Shown here one piece after another: positions 1 through 9,420 of a stretch of 64,000 bases of DNA. Source of the DNA: Candidatus Collierbacteria bacterium (GTDB lineage: Bacteria > Patescibacteriota > Microgenomatia > UBA1400 > JACPES01); the NCBI GenBank assembly GCA_016183365.1, contig JACPES010000003.1, forward strand, positions 473,154-537,153, given 5' to 3'. The notes below the pieces were generated by a model, which did no database searches, had not been told where the DNA came from, and was given only the letters and a program-made list of their open reading frames with translations. A program made the position numbers and the translations under genes. Each line of letters opens with the position of its first letter. The stretch's first letter is position 1.

Positions 1-168
1 TCAAATAGTCAGAAGCGATTCAACTTTTGTTACTAGAGTTCTTCCGCCATTTGAAGTTTCTAAAAATACTCCGGGAGGAGCTTTGCAAGAGTTGGCTGAA
101 AAGACCAGGCAAGATATGCAGAAAGCCATTGACAGCCTGCTGAATTATCGAGTGGGATTTAAAGAATA

Positions 169-858
169 TTAAACCTCGGCAAGCATGATGACTCCAAAGT
201 TACAGCTTTCTGGATCGGGGCCGAAATCCGGATCAGTTAGTTTTAACACTGTTAATCCGCATTTTTCATAAAATCTGATCTCTGGTTCTTGCCTTAGGTT
301 GTCTGCTCTTTTGAGTTGGAGATATTCTTGGGCTTTTTGTATTAACTCTGGGGTTGACAAATTGTCTGGATTGATACCTTGGGTAGTAAGACTATCTCTG
401 AATTTTGGCAGTCTGGCTCCCAGCATGAGATATTTACATCCTAAACTTTTTGCCAGTTCAAATTGTTTGGCCACTAACTGTTGTCCGTATCCTTTTCCTT
501 GGGACTCACGTTGAACACCGACCGAAACAACATATAAAGTATTTCCATCCGGTTCGTGTGTATCAATAAAGCCGTTACCGGTAATTTCATCCCAAGTTTT
601 GTGATAATCGTTGATTTTATTGGGGTCGAAATTAATTCTCATAGAAGTGGTGACTCCAACTAATTTGTCATTTTTAGACAGTCCAAATACGCCAGCAGGA
701 AACATTTTAATTCTGGCTTGGAACTTTTCTTTCGGAGCTTGCCAATCAATTGGCCAGGTATTTTTTTCTACCCGATCAATTTCTTCTATATCTGATTCTG
801 TCAATTGCGATATCACAAAACTTGCCATATTGGGAATTTCAACATGATAAAGTTTCAT
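169..858 (-). CDS. GNAT family N-acetyltransferase
   Basis: 229-aa ORF. Motif A-like VVSVGVQRESQGKGYGQQLV, the Q/RxxGxG/A acetyl-CoA site of the GNAT fold. Confidence 0.7.
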   Translation of the reverse strand: MKLYHVEIPNMASFVISQLTESDIEEIDRVEKNTWPIDWQAPKEKFQARIKMFPAGVFGLSKNDKLVGVTTSMRINFDPNKINDYHKTWDEITGNGFIDTHEPDGNTLYVVSVGVQRESQGKGYGQQLVAKQFELAKSLGCKYLMLGARLPKFRDSLTTQGINPDNLSTPELIQKAQEYLQLKRADNLRQEPEIRFYEKCGLTVLKLTDPDFGPDPESCNFGVIMLAEV

Positions 859-908
859 AGCGGATAAATTCTTTGCTGACGGTAAGAAGATAATATATCA
901 TAGGAAGT

Positions 909-2255
909 ATGAGAGTTCATTTTACCGGAATTAAGGGAGTGGGGATGACGGCTTTGGCATTAGCGTATCAGGATGCCGGGTGGGAAGTGCAGGGATCGGA
1001 TACTAAAGATTTCCAAATTACGGATGAGCCGCTTAAAGCCCGGGGAATTAAAGTATTTGAAAAATTTACCCCGCGGAATATCTGGAAATTGAAAAAAATG
1101 GTTTGGGTGCCGGCTGTCGATAAATTGATTTATACCGGAGCCCATCACGGGGCCCAAAATGTGGAAGTTAAATGGGCGGCTTCCCGGGGGGTGCCGGTTA
1201 TGAATTACGCTCAGGCCTTAGGTGAATTTTTTTCCGCCAAAAAACAAATTTGCGTTTGCGGGGTGGGGGGAAAGACCACAGTTTCGGCTATGATTGCCAC
1301 TATTCTTTATGAAACAGGTCAGGATCCATCGTGGATTGTCGGCACCAGCGCCATTTCTTCACTGCCGGCGTCCGGACACTTCGGTAAAGGGGATTGGGCT
1401 GTGATAGAAAGCGATGAATACACGGCTGATCCGGGGGCCGACAAAACTCCTAAATTTATGTATATGAATCCGAAAATTATAGTTTGCACCAATATCCGGC
1501 ATGATCATCCAGATATTTATCCGACAGAACAGGATACGATTCAGGCTTACATAAAGTTTTTTGGAAAGTTGCCAAAAAACGGAATTTTACTGGTTTCGTC
1601 TCAAGTAAAAAATATCGTTGGCGCGTCACCTGATGCCAAAGTTTATGATAACGATCCAAAACTGCAAGAATTAGTCAAGGGAATTATTCAGGTTCCCGGC
1701 GAGTATAACGTTAAAAATGCCATGGCGGCGGTATCAGTAGCTGAATCAATCGACATTCCGAGAAAAAAAGCTTTGGAAGCTTTAACAAAATATACCGGTT
1801 CAAAGCGCAGATTTGAATTGATTGCCGATATCAACGGTGTCAAGGTTTATGACGATTATGCCCATCACCCTCATGAAATAGAGAGCTTGCTTTCTGCCGG
1901 AAGGCAAAAATTTCCGGATAAAAAAATTAAATTTGTATTCCAACCGCATACTTTTTCCAGAACAAAAGCTCTGTTTGATCAATTCGCGGATAGCCTGAAA
2001 GGCGTTGACGAAGTAATTCTGGATCCGATATTTGCCTCGGCCAGAGAAGCGGTTGACACTGAAATCAGTTCTGAAATGCTGGCAAAAAGAATAAATGAAA
2101 CAGGCGGAAAAGCGGTTTTTATCGCCAACCGCCAAAAATTGGTAAAATACTTAATTAAAACCTCAAAACCGGGGGAGGTTATTTTTACCGTCGGCGCCGG
2201 CAACTTGTATGAAATTCATTCTGAACTTAAGCAAGGCTTGGGAAAAACGGATTAA
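909..2255 (+). CDS. murC: UDP-N-acetylmuramate--L-alanine ligase
   Basis: N-terminal Rossmann region HFTGIKGVGMTALALAY, P-loop GVGGKTTVSAMIA, Mur ligase middle and C domains. First gene of the dcw cluster. Confidence 0.8.
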   Translation: MRVHFTGIKGVGMTALALAYQDAGWEVQGSDTKDFQITDEPLKARGIKVFEKFTPRNIWKLKKMVWVPAVDKLIYTGAHHGAQNVEVKWAASRGVPVMNYAQALGEFFSAKKQICVCGVGGKTTVSAMIATILYETGQDPSWIVGTSAISSLPASGHFGKGDWAVIESDEYTADPGADKTPKFMYMNPKIIVCTNIRHDHPDIYPTEQDTIQAYIKFFGKLPKNGILLVSSQVKNIVGASPDAKVYDNDPKLQELVKGIIQVPGEYNVKNAMAAVSVAESIDIPRKKALEALTKYTGSKRRFELIADINGVKVYDDYAHHPHEIESLLSAGRQKFPDKKIKFVFQPHTFSRTKALFDQFADSLKGVDEVILDPIFASAREAVDTEISSEMLAKRINETGGKAVFIANRQKLVKYLIKTSKPGEVIFTVGAGNLYEIHSELKQGLGKTD

Positions 2256-3303
2256 AAGAAACGAAATTCTGGCTCCGTATACGTATTTTAGGATAGGCGG
2301 TCCGGCCGATTATTTTGTAACGGTTAAATCTTCAAAAGAGCTCAAGGAGGTTATTTTGTCGGCCGAAGCTGCAAAGGTGCCCTGGTTTATTTTGGGCGGC
2401 GGCAGCAATATTTTGGTGGGAGATTTTGGATTTAGGGGGTTAGTAATTAAGAATGACGCGGAATCAGCTAATGTTGAGGGCAAGGAATTGACGGCGGAAA
2501 GCGGAATAAAGATGTCAAAATTGGCGGCATTTTCCATTAAGAACGGATTGGCTGGTTTGGAAGTATTCATGTCGGTGCCGGGGACGTTAGGCGGAGCGGT
2601 TTTTAATAATTCTCATTTCAGGCCGGAAAAAAATGAATTTATCGGAAATTTGGTTAAAGAGGCGGAGGTACTATTGATGAATGGAGAGAACCGCCGGCTG
2701 CCATCGGCCGCTCGCATCAGCTCCACTGGGGCGGAGCCGGAATCCACCCCAGTGCGGTCTGTCGCTTCGCGTCCGGCGTGCCGGCAAGTCTTGGATTGGC
2801 ATAGGGAGATCGTTAATAGAGATTGGTTCCGGTTTGGGTATGATTATTCCCGTCTTCACGATGAAACAGGGGTGGTTTTGAACGTAAGATTCAGGTTGAA
2901 AAAATCTGACCCCGAAAAACTCAAGGCCAGATCGTTAGAATTACTCAAGCAGAGAAATAGCCGTCAGCCAATAGGTCAATTAAGCTGTGGGTGCATGTTC
3001 AAAAACCCTGACGGAATGTCTGCCGGACAATTAATTGATGATGCGGGGATGAAAGGTAAAAGAGTGGGCGGAGCCGTGGTTTCCGATAAACATGCCAATT
3101 TTATCGTTAACACCGGCGGGGCTAAAGCAGAAGAAGTGCTAAAATTGATGGATTGGGTAAAAAGAGCCGTCAAAACCAAATCCGGAATTGACTTGGAACC
3201 GGAGATATTTAGAGTGGGAGAGTTTAGTAAAGGCGATCCGAATGATCCAAATCAACATCCGAATGTTCCGAATAGAGAATTCGAATTATTCGGATGTCAT
3301 TAG
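2209..3303 (+). CDS. murB: UDP-N-acetylenolpyruvoylglucosamine reductase (carries in-frame GC-rich insert and C-terminal read-through into a repeat)
   Basis: FAD-binding N-terminus APYTYFRIGGPADYF...FILGGGSNILV and C-terminal MurB domain. True start may lie downstream of 2209, which overlaps murC by 47 nt. Confidence 0.8.
   Translation: MKFILNLSKAWEKRIKRNEILAPYTYFRIGGPADYFVTVKSSKELKEVILSAEAAKVPWFILGGGSNILVGDFGFRGLVIKNDAESANVEGKELTAESGIKMSKLAAFSIKNGLAGLEVFMSVPGTLGGAVFNNSHFRPEKNEFIGNLVKEAEVLLMNGENRRLPSAARISSTGAEPESTPVRSVASRPACRQVLDWHREIVNRDWFRFGYDYSRLHDETGVVLNVRFRLKKSDPEKLKARSLELLKQRNSRQPIGQLSCGCMFKNPDGMSAGQLIDDAGMKGKRVGGAVVSDKHANFIVNTGGAKAEEVLKLMDWVKRAVKTKSGIDLEPEIFRVGEFSKGDPNDPNQHPNVPNREFELFGCH
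2690..2815 (+). repeat. GC-rich structured insertion inside murB, translated in frame
   Basis: Composition shift to GC-rich. Nested palindromes CACTGGGGCGGAGCCGGAATCCACCCCAGTG and GCCGGC elements. Encodes NRRLPSAARISSTGAEPESTPVRSVASRPACRQVLDWH, absent from canonical MurB. Confidence 0.55.
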
Positions 3304-3317
3304 TAGATTGGGATCGC
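3233..3317 (+). repeat. CGAATG-family element (B type) with terminal inverted repeats GCGATCC...GGATCGC; murB C-terminus reads into it
   Basis: GCGATCCGAATGATCCAAATCAACATCCGAATGTTCCGAATAGAGAATTCGAATTATTCGGATGTCATTAGTAGATTGGGATCGC. Confidence 0.75.
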
Positions 3318-3324
3318 TTAAATT

Positions 3325-4581
3325 ATGTCATCATTTATTATAAATGGCGGCAAGCCTTTAATCGGCGCAATAACGGTTTCCGGTAACAAAAACGCGGTTT
3401 TGCCGGCTATGGCCGCGGCTTTATTAACCGATAAGGAAGTAATTCTGGAAAATGTGCCTCATATCAAAGATGTTGAAACTATGGGGGTACTCTTAAACGG
3501 TTTGGGGGCTAAGTTGACTGGTTTAGATACTCCGGTTATAAAAATTACGGCTAAAGATTTAAAACCTAAAGAGCCGGATGAAAAGTTAGTGGCCGATTTA
3601 AGAGCTTCAGTTTTATTGCTGGGTCCGCTTTTATCGAGGTTAGGCCGAACGGTTATCCGTCATCCCGGAGGCGATATCATCGGCCGCCGATCGATAGATG
3701 AACATTTAAAAGCTTTGGAGAAATTGGGAGTAAAAATTGAGATAGAGGGAATTTTAAATAAACTTTCCGTCAAGAAATTACACGGAGCGGATATCCATTT
3801 GACGGAAGCTTCGGTGACGGCGACGGAAAACATTATGATGGCTGCGGTTTTGGCTGAAGGCGAAACCCAAATTACCAATGCCGCCGCCGAACCTCACGTT
3901 CAATGTTTAGGGAGATTACTGAATAAAATGGGGGCCAAGATTGAAGGCGTGGGAACCAGCAGAATTAGTATTCAGGGAGTCAACAGTTTGAGGGGGTGCA
4001 GCCACAAAGTCAGAACCGATCATATCGAGGTTGGGACTTGGGCGATAATGGCGGCAGTGACCGGAGGGGAAATAAACGTTCATGGCGTGGTCAAAGAAGA
4101 TTTGCTGCCGATGAAAGCGATTTTTGAGCCGATGGGAATAGTTATAAAAGAGTTCGATTCATCCGCAAAATTTTCCAGAGGAACTTTAACGGCTTATCCG
4201 GCGGTCAAAACAAATATTTGGCCCGGATTCCCGACGGATTTGATGAGTCCGATGATAGTTTTAGCGACACAGTGCCGGGGAATGACTTTAGCCCATGACT
4301 GGATGTATGAAGGCAGGATGTTTTTTGTGGATAGATTGATTAAAATGGGGGCTAATATAATTGTGGCTGACCCGCATAGGATTATTGTTAACGGTCCGAC
4401 TCCGTTTTATCCAAGACACAGTTCTAGTCCGGATATTCGAGCCGGAGTCGCTTTAGTAATTGCCTCTTTGGCGGCAAACGGAGAGTCCGTAATTGATATG
4501 GCCGAGATCATTGACAGAGGGTATGAAAATTTGGAACAAAGATTAACAGGGTTGGGAGCCGATATCAAACGGATTTCATGA
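3325..4581 (+). CDS. murA: UDP-N-acetylglucosamine 1-carboxyvinyltransferase
   Basis: EPT-fold repeats, N-terminus IINGGKPLIGAITVSGNKNAVLPAMAAALL, 418 aa. Confidence 0.85.
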   Translation: MSSFIINGGKPLIGAITVSGNKNAVLPAMAAALLTDKEVILENVPHIKDVETMGVLLNGLGAKLTGLDTPVIKITAKDLKPKEPDEKLVADLRASVLLLGPLLSRLGRTVIRHPGGDIIGRRSIDEHLKALEKLGVKIEIEGILNKLSVKKLHGADIHLTEASVTATENIMMAAVLAEGETQITNAAAEPHVQCLGRLLNKMGAKIEGVGTSRISIQGVNSLRGCSHKVRTDHIEVGTWAIMAAVTGGEINVHGVVKEDLLPMKAIFEPMGIVIKEFDSSAKFSRGTLTAYPAVKTNIWPGFPTDLMSPMIVLATQCRGMTLAHDWMYEGRMFFVDRLIKMGANIIVADPHRIIVNGPTPFYPRHSSSPDIRAGVALVIASLAANGESVIDMAEIIDRGYENLEQRLTGLGADIKRIS

Positions 4582-4955
4582 ACTTTTTAAAATCATTGGG
4601 GTTTGCTTTAGAAGGATTGCGGGAAATGATTTGGGGGCACAAGAATTTCCGCCTCCAAATTATGATTGGTTTGCTGACGGTTGCCGCCGGGTTTGTCTTT
4701 CAGCTGAATTTTTCGGAATGGATGGCGTTGATATTAATCAGCGGGTTGGTTTTAGTAACGGAGATGGCAAATTCTGCTATTGAAGCAATGGTGGATTTGA
4801 TCACCAAAGAACGTAAGGAGGAAGCCAAAAAAGCTAAGGATATTGCCGCCGGAATGGTACTATTTGTTTCAGGATTATCAATAGTAATCGGAATATTTAT
4901 TTTCGGTCCACATCTTATGAAGCTTTTAACCATTCAGCCATTCCAACCATTTTAA
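4578..4955 (+). CDS. dgkA: diacylglycerol/undecaprenol kinase family membrane protein
   Basis: 125 aa, 3 TM helices, conserved E..ANSAIE..VD motif of prokaryotic DAGK. ATGA overlap with murA. Confidence 0.65.
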   Translation: MNFLKSLGFALEGLREMIWGHKNFRLQIMIGLLTVAAGFVFQLNFSEWMALILISGLVLVTEMANSAIEAMVDLITKERKEEAKKAKDIAAGMVLFVSGLSIVIGIFIFGPHLMKLLTIQPFQPF

Positions 4956-4967
4956 CCATTATTTTAT

Positions 4968-5999
4968 ATGTCATTGCTTTTAACCTTACTTCTCTCATCT
5001 TTTGCCGTCACCGGTCTACTGATCGTGCCATTTATTAATGTACTGTATTCACTGAAGTTTCAACGCCGGGTCCAAAAAACCCGCGACCCTTTAGACCAGC
5101 GGACGCCGATTTTTGACAGATTACACCAAAAGAAAGCCGGAACCCCGGTGGGGGGAGGATTATTGGTTATTTCTGTAGTATCCATATTATTTGCTTTGCT
5201 ATTTCCGATAATGAAACACTTCGGAGTGGTGGTAACTCAAGTTTATCCTTTGGTGGATGAATTGAATATTATTTTTTTCACTTTTATTTCATTCGGATTG
5301 CTGGGGTTGTATGACGATTTGATGAAATTTTTCGACATTGAAAACACCGGATTTTTTGGGTTAAGGTTCAGGTGGAAATTTTTGATTCAAATAATTCTGG
5401 CGTTTATAGTCGCGTCGCTATTGTATTTCAATCTAAAAATAGATATTTTCTATATCCCGTTTATAGGCGTTTTTCGCATCGGGTGGTTATTTATCCCTTT
5501 GGCCGCTTTTGTGATCACCGCTTTTGCCAACGCCTATAACGTGACCGACGGTTTGGACGGATTGGCTTCAGGATTATTAATGATTGCCCTTTTTGCCTTG
5601 TGGTATTTGTCCTCGGCCATTCTGGATACCACATTATCAATGTTTTTAGTTCTGTGGATCGGCAGTCTGATAGCCTTTTTATATTTCAACGTTTTTCCGG
5701 CCAGGATAATGTTGGGAGACGTGGGCGCGTTATCTTTTGGGGCCACTTTGGCCGTAGTGGGGTTGCTGCTGGGAAAAGTGATGGCTATCGTGGTTGTCGG
5801 CGGAATTTTTGTACTTGAAGTAACTTCGTCATTGGGACAATTATTGTCAAAAAAATTCTTGCGAAAAAAACTTTTTCCTGTAGCTCCGGTTCACCTATGG
5901 TTGCAATTATTGAAATGGGAGGAGCCTAAAATAGTAATGCGGGCCTGGTTGGCCGGAATTATTTTGGCGCTTTTCGGAGTCTGGTTGGCGGTGATTTGA
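4968..5999 (+). CDS. mraY: phospho-N-acetylmuramoyl-pentapeptide transferase
   Basis: Polytopic membrane protein with NAYNVTDGLDGLASGL, the MraY/WecA signature. Confidence 0.85.
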   Translation: MSLLLTLLLSSFAVTGLLIVPFINVLYSLKFQRRVQKTRDPLDQRTPIFDRLHQKKAGTPVGGGLLVISVVSILFALLFPIMKHFGVVVTQVYPLVDELNIIFFTFISFGLLGLYDDLMKFFDIENTGFFGLRFRWKFLIQIILAFIVASLLYFNLKIDIFYIPFIGVFRIGWLFIPLAAFVITAFANAYNVTDGLDGLASGLLMIALFALWYLSSAILDTTLSMFLVLWIGSLIAFLYFNVFPARIMLGDVGALSFGATLAVVGLLLGKVMAIVVVGGIFVLEVTSSLGQLLSKKFLRKKLFPVAPVHLWLQLLKWEEPKIVMRAWLAGIILALFGVWLAVI

Positions 6000-6018
6000 A
6001 AAGGACGAAGGATAAAGG

Positions 6019-6711
6019 ATGAAGGACGAAGGAAAAACCAAAATCGGGGTATTTGACAGCGGAGCAGGGGGAAGGCTTATTGCTGACAAGCTGAGAGCAT
6101 TAAAAAATGTAAACGTTATTTATCTTTCAGATCCGGAATATTTCCCCTATGGAACTAAGACGGAGGAAATTATTCAAGATAGGTTGTTGCATTTTGCTAA
6201 ACAATTCAAATTAAAGGGATGCCGGATAGTGGTTATTGCCTGTAATTCCGCCGCCACCAACGGAATCGCTAGTTTAAGAAAAAAATTTTCGGAAATGATT
6301 TTTGTCGGGATTGAGCCGCCGATTAAACCAATTGCCGGAATTACAAAAACAGGAAAAGTCGCGATAATTGGGACTTCGGCGACGATAACTAGTAAGCGAA
6401 GACAAAATCTTCAGGCTCTCTTCGCCAAAAAAATCAAACTCTATAATATTTCATGTCCTGGTTTAGCCGAATATATCGAAGAGCTTGTGAGGAAAGATAT
6501 AAAATGTAGTACAACATTTTATAATAATAAACAGGCAGAGTGGTTAGTCAGAAAATTTCTCGATAAACCAATCGCAGAAGGCGTTGATGTCGTCGGCATA
6601 GCTTGTACCCACTATCCGTATCTTTTCCCTCTGATGCAAGGGCTTTATCCTAAGGTAAAATTTTATGATCCGGCAGATGCCGTAGTTTTGCAAGTCAAAA
6701 GGATGCTATGA
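6019..6711 (+). CDS. murI: glutamate racemase (short form)
   Basis: IGVFDSGAGG and ACNSAAT motifs of Asp/Glu racemases. 230 aa. Start sits inside an AGGACGAAGGA direct repeat. Confidence 0.65.
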   Translation: MKDEGKTKIGVFDSGAGGRLIADKLRALKNVNVIYLSDPEYFPYGTKTEEIIQDRLLHFAKQFKLKGCRIVVIACNSAATNGIASLRKKFSEMIFVGIEPPIKPIAGITKTGKVAIIGTSATITSKRRQNLQALFAKKIKLYNISCPGLAEYIEELVRKDIKCSTTFYNNKQAEWLVRKFLDKPIAEGVDVVGIACTHYPYLFPLMQGLYPKVKFYDPADAVVLQVKRML

Positions 6712-6766
6712 AGTCACGAGTTTTACGTTTCTTGCTCGCTGGCGGCAGCTAGTTTACTTCGCAAAT

Positions 6767-8341
6767 TTGCCAACTTCGCAAAAAGTAAAGCGCGAAACTC
6801 ATGTTGTATATAATGAGGATATGACTCCGTGGAAGAGGTTTTGTCGGGATTGGAAAGGAAAAAGGGTTTTAATTATGGGACTGGGACTTCAGGGCAGAGG
6901 AATTGGGGATGCAAAGTTGTTTTGCGAGGCTGGTTCACATGTAACTGTGACTGATTTAAAAAGTGAATCTCAACTTCAACTTGCGCTTGAACAATTAAAT
7001 GGTCTGTCGATTAGATTTGTGCTCGGGAAACATGAAGAGGAAGATTTTTGGACACACGACATGGTGCTCCAGAATCCTGACGTGCCGTCCAACTCTCCGT
7101 TTTTAGAAGTAGCCAAAAAAGCCGGAATACCGGTTAAAATGGACTCATCTCTTTTTGCCGTCTACTATCCGCTGCCGATAATCGGGATTACCGGGACGCG
7201 GGGGAAGACGACCACTACGATGATGATTTATGAGGTTTTGAAAAAATTATACAAAGGTAGCGTGTATTTGGGAGGGAATATACCGGATAAGGCGACGCTG
7301 GAGTTATTAAAAGAAATTAAAGAGCCTCAGAAGTATGCTTCCTTTGGCTCGTGGTCTACGTCCACGCACCCAAAGAGCGCAACTTTGGGGTTCGGGCGTA
7401 CCGGCGATTTTTTCCGGAGAAAAAAATCGGGTCCGTCCGAAAAAGGCATTGTGGTGTTGGAGTTATCCAGTTGGGAATTACAGGGTTGGCGCGATGAAAA
7501 AATTTCGCCCAATATTTCGGTGTTTACCAATTTCTATCAGGACCATTTGAATCGTTATGCGTCAATGGACGAGTATTTTCAGGATAAATTGGCGATTCTT
7601 CGATATCAGAAAAAAACTGACTGGGCAATTCTAAACGCCGACAATCCATGGACCAAAAAGGCAGCAACGGAAATAAATTCGCGTATCAAATGGTTTTCTT
7701 CCAAAGATTTGCCACAGGAGGCTTTACTTCATGTTCCGGGTGAACACAATCGCGCAAATGCGGCAGCTGCATTGGCAGTAGTTTCTGTGATTGGCGTGGG
7801 GGGAAAAGAAGGATTAGAAATATTGAAAAGATTTAGAGGTGTACCGTTCCGATTGGAAACGATCGCAACGATTGACGGAGTTGAATATATAAACGACACC
7901 ACTTCGACTACTCCGGCGGCCGGAATCGCGGCTCTGCGGGCGATGACAAAACCGGTGGTATTAATTACCGGTGGCTCGAGCAAAAAATTGGATTTAAAAC
8001 CGTTGGCGGAAGAGATCGTTGAAAGTTATAGGAAACACCGGGTTAAGCGGGTGGTTTTGTTAAGGGGAGAAGGGACGGATGAACTAATTGTTTATCTGAA
8101 GGCTTGTGAAGTTTCGTCCTGCAGAGCTGGATCCCGTTCCGCGGGACAAACTTCATACGGGAAACTGATTAACGGGGTTTATGGCGATTTTAAAGTTGCC
8201 GTAACCAGGGCCAGAGATTTGGCAATTTCAGGAGACGCGGTGTTATTGTCGCCGGGTTGCGCCAGCTTTTCCATGTTTAAAAACGAGTTTGACAGAGGCG
8301 AACAATTTAACCAAATCATCCGTAAATGGCAAAAAAAATAA
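6767..8341 (+). CDS. murD: UDP-N-acetylmuramoylalanine--D-glutamate ligase with a ~37-aa in-frame repeat-element insertion
   Basis: KRVLIMGLGLQGRG N-terminus, P-loop GITGTRGKTTTTMMI, Mur ligase C domain. Real start may be the ATG near 6821. Element A copy at ~7335-7447. Confidence 0.8.
   Translation: MPTSQKVKRETHVVYNEDMTPWKRFCRDWKGKRVLIMGLGLQGRGIGDAKLFCEAGSHVTVTDLKSESQLQLALEQLNGLSIRFVLGKHEEEDFWTHDMVLQNPDVPSNSPFLEVAKKAGIPVKMDSSLFAVYYPLPIIGITGTRGKTTTTMMIYEVLKKLYKGSVYLGGNIPDKATLELLKEIKEPQKYASFGSWSTSTHPKSATLGFGRTGDFFRRKKSGPSEKGIVVLELSSWELQGWRDEKISPNISVFTNFYQDHLNRYASMDEYFQDKLAILRYQKKTDWAILNADNPWTKKAATEINSRIKWFSSKDLPQEALLHVPGEHNRANAAAALAVVSVIGVGGKEGLEILKRFRGVPFRLETIATIDGVEYINDTTSTTPAAGIAALRAMTKPVVLITGGSSKKLDLKPLAEEIVESYRKHRVKRVVLLRGEGTDELIVYLKACEVSSCRAGSRSAGQTSYGKLINGVYGDFKVAVTRARDLAISGDAVLLSPGCASFSMFKNEFDRGEQFNQIIRKWQKK
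7335..7447 (+). repeat. Element A copy 1 (two-hairpin ~110-bp repeat), in frame inside murD
   Basis: GGCTCGTGGTCTACGTCCACGC...GGTTCGGGCGTACCGGCGATTTTTTCCGGAGAAAAAAATCGGGTCCGTCCGAAAA. Translated as FGSWSTSTHPKSATLGFGRTGDFFRRKKSGPSEKG. Confidence 0.8.
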
Positions 8342-9420
8342 CTCAAGTCAACCGGGAAAGGGTCAGAAGTTTACAGATTTTAGTTTTACTTTTTTTACTG
8401 TTAGGATTGGGAATGATAATGGTTTACGACTCTTCGGTAGCCGAGGCTCAAAGATTATTCGGTGATAAATTCTATTTTGTTAAACGCCATTTAATTTGGG
8501 TGACGTTGGGAATTGGCTTGATGACTGTGGTTTCTAAAATTCCGACTTCATTTATTAAAAAGTTCAGCCCGCACCTATTTGGTTTAAGCGCGGTATTACT
8601 GGCGGGGGTTTTAATTCCCGGGTTGGGGTCGGCGGCCCAGGGCGCTCGCCGCTGGTTTTACTTAGGAAAATCAATTTATTTTCAACCGTCTGAATTGGTT
8701 AAATTGTCCACGGTACTTTATTTCGCGGTGTGGTTAAAAAATAAACAACGGCTTTCTCACCCCTTGATTTTATTGGGAGTTATAATTTTTTTATTAATCC
8801 TTCAGCCTGATTTCGGGACGGCCATAATTATAACCGCCACCGGTTTTTTGATGATGTTTGTTTCCGGTCTGCCCTATAAAACTATTTTTACTTTAGTTCT
8901 GATTTGCACGCTGGCAGGATTGGGCTTATCCGTCAGTTCGTCCTATAGGCTAGAGAGAATAAAAACTTTTTTAGATCCCACCAAAGATCCTTACGGAAGT
9001 TCCTACCATATTAATCAGGCGTTAATTGCTTTTGGATCTGGAGGATGGTGGGGGTTGGGGTTGGGCAGATCCCGCCAAAAATTCGAATATTTGCCGGAAG
9101 CGTCTACAGATTCAATATTCGCGGTGGCCGGGGAAGAGTTGGGATTGGTAGGAGTAACGGTAATAATCTTAATTTTTATATTGTTGTACTGGCAGTTTTT
9201 TAGAGTGGCATTGAGGGAGAATGACGGCTACCGCAGGTTATTGGCTGTGGGTTTAAGCGGCTGGTTGTCTATTCAAACTTTGGTAAACTTAGGATCATTG
9301 ACGGCTTTAATGCCGATGACCGGCGTCCCATTGCCATTTATTTCATATGGAGGTTCAAGCTTAATAATTCAAATGCTGACATTGGGGATATTGCTTAGAA
9401 TAAACTTAACCCAGAAATGA
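8326..9420 (+). CDS. ftsW: SEDS family peptidoglycan glycosyltransferase FtsW
   Basis: 10-TM SEDS protein (QPDFGTAIII, ALMPMTGVPLPFISYGGSS) between murD and murG. Confidence 0.75.
   Translation: MAKKITQVNRERVRSLQILVLLFLLLGLGMIMVYDSSVAEAQRLFGDKFYFVKRHLIWVTLGIGLMTVVSKIPTSFIKKFSPHLFGLSAVLLAGVLIPGLGSAAQGARRWFYLGKSIYFQPSELVKLSTVLYFAVWLKNKQRLSHPLILLGVIIFLLILQPDFGTAIIITATGFLMMFVSGLPYKTIFTLVLICTLAGLGLSVSSSYRLERIKTFLDPTKDPYGSSYHINQALIAFGSGGWWGLGLGRSRQKFEYLPEASTDSIFAVAGEELGLVGVTVIILIFILLYWQFFRVALRENDGYRRLLAVGLSGWLSIQTLVNLGSLTALMPMTGVPLPFISYGGSSLIIQMLTLGILLRINLTQK

Noticed and set aside
299-847. Plus-strand ORFs 299-514 and 611-847
   Set aside because: They are antisense to the GNAT acetyltransferase gene and have no motifs.
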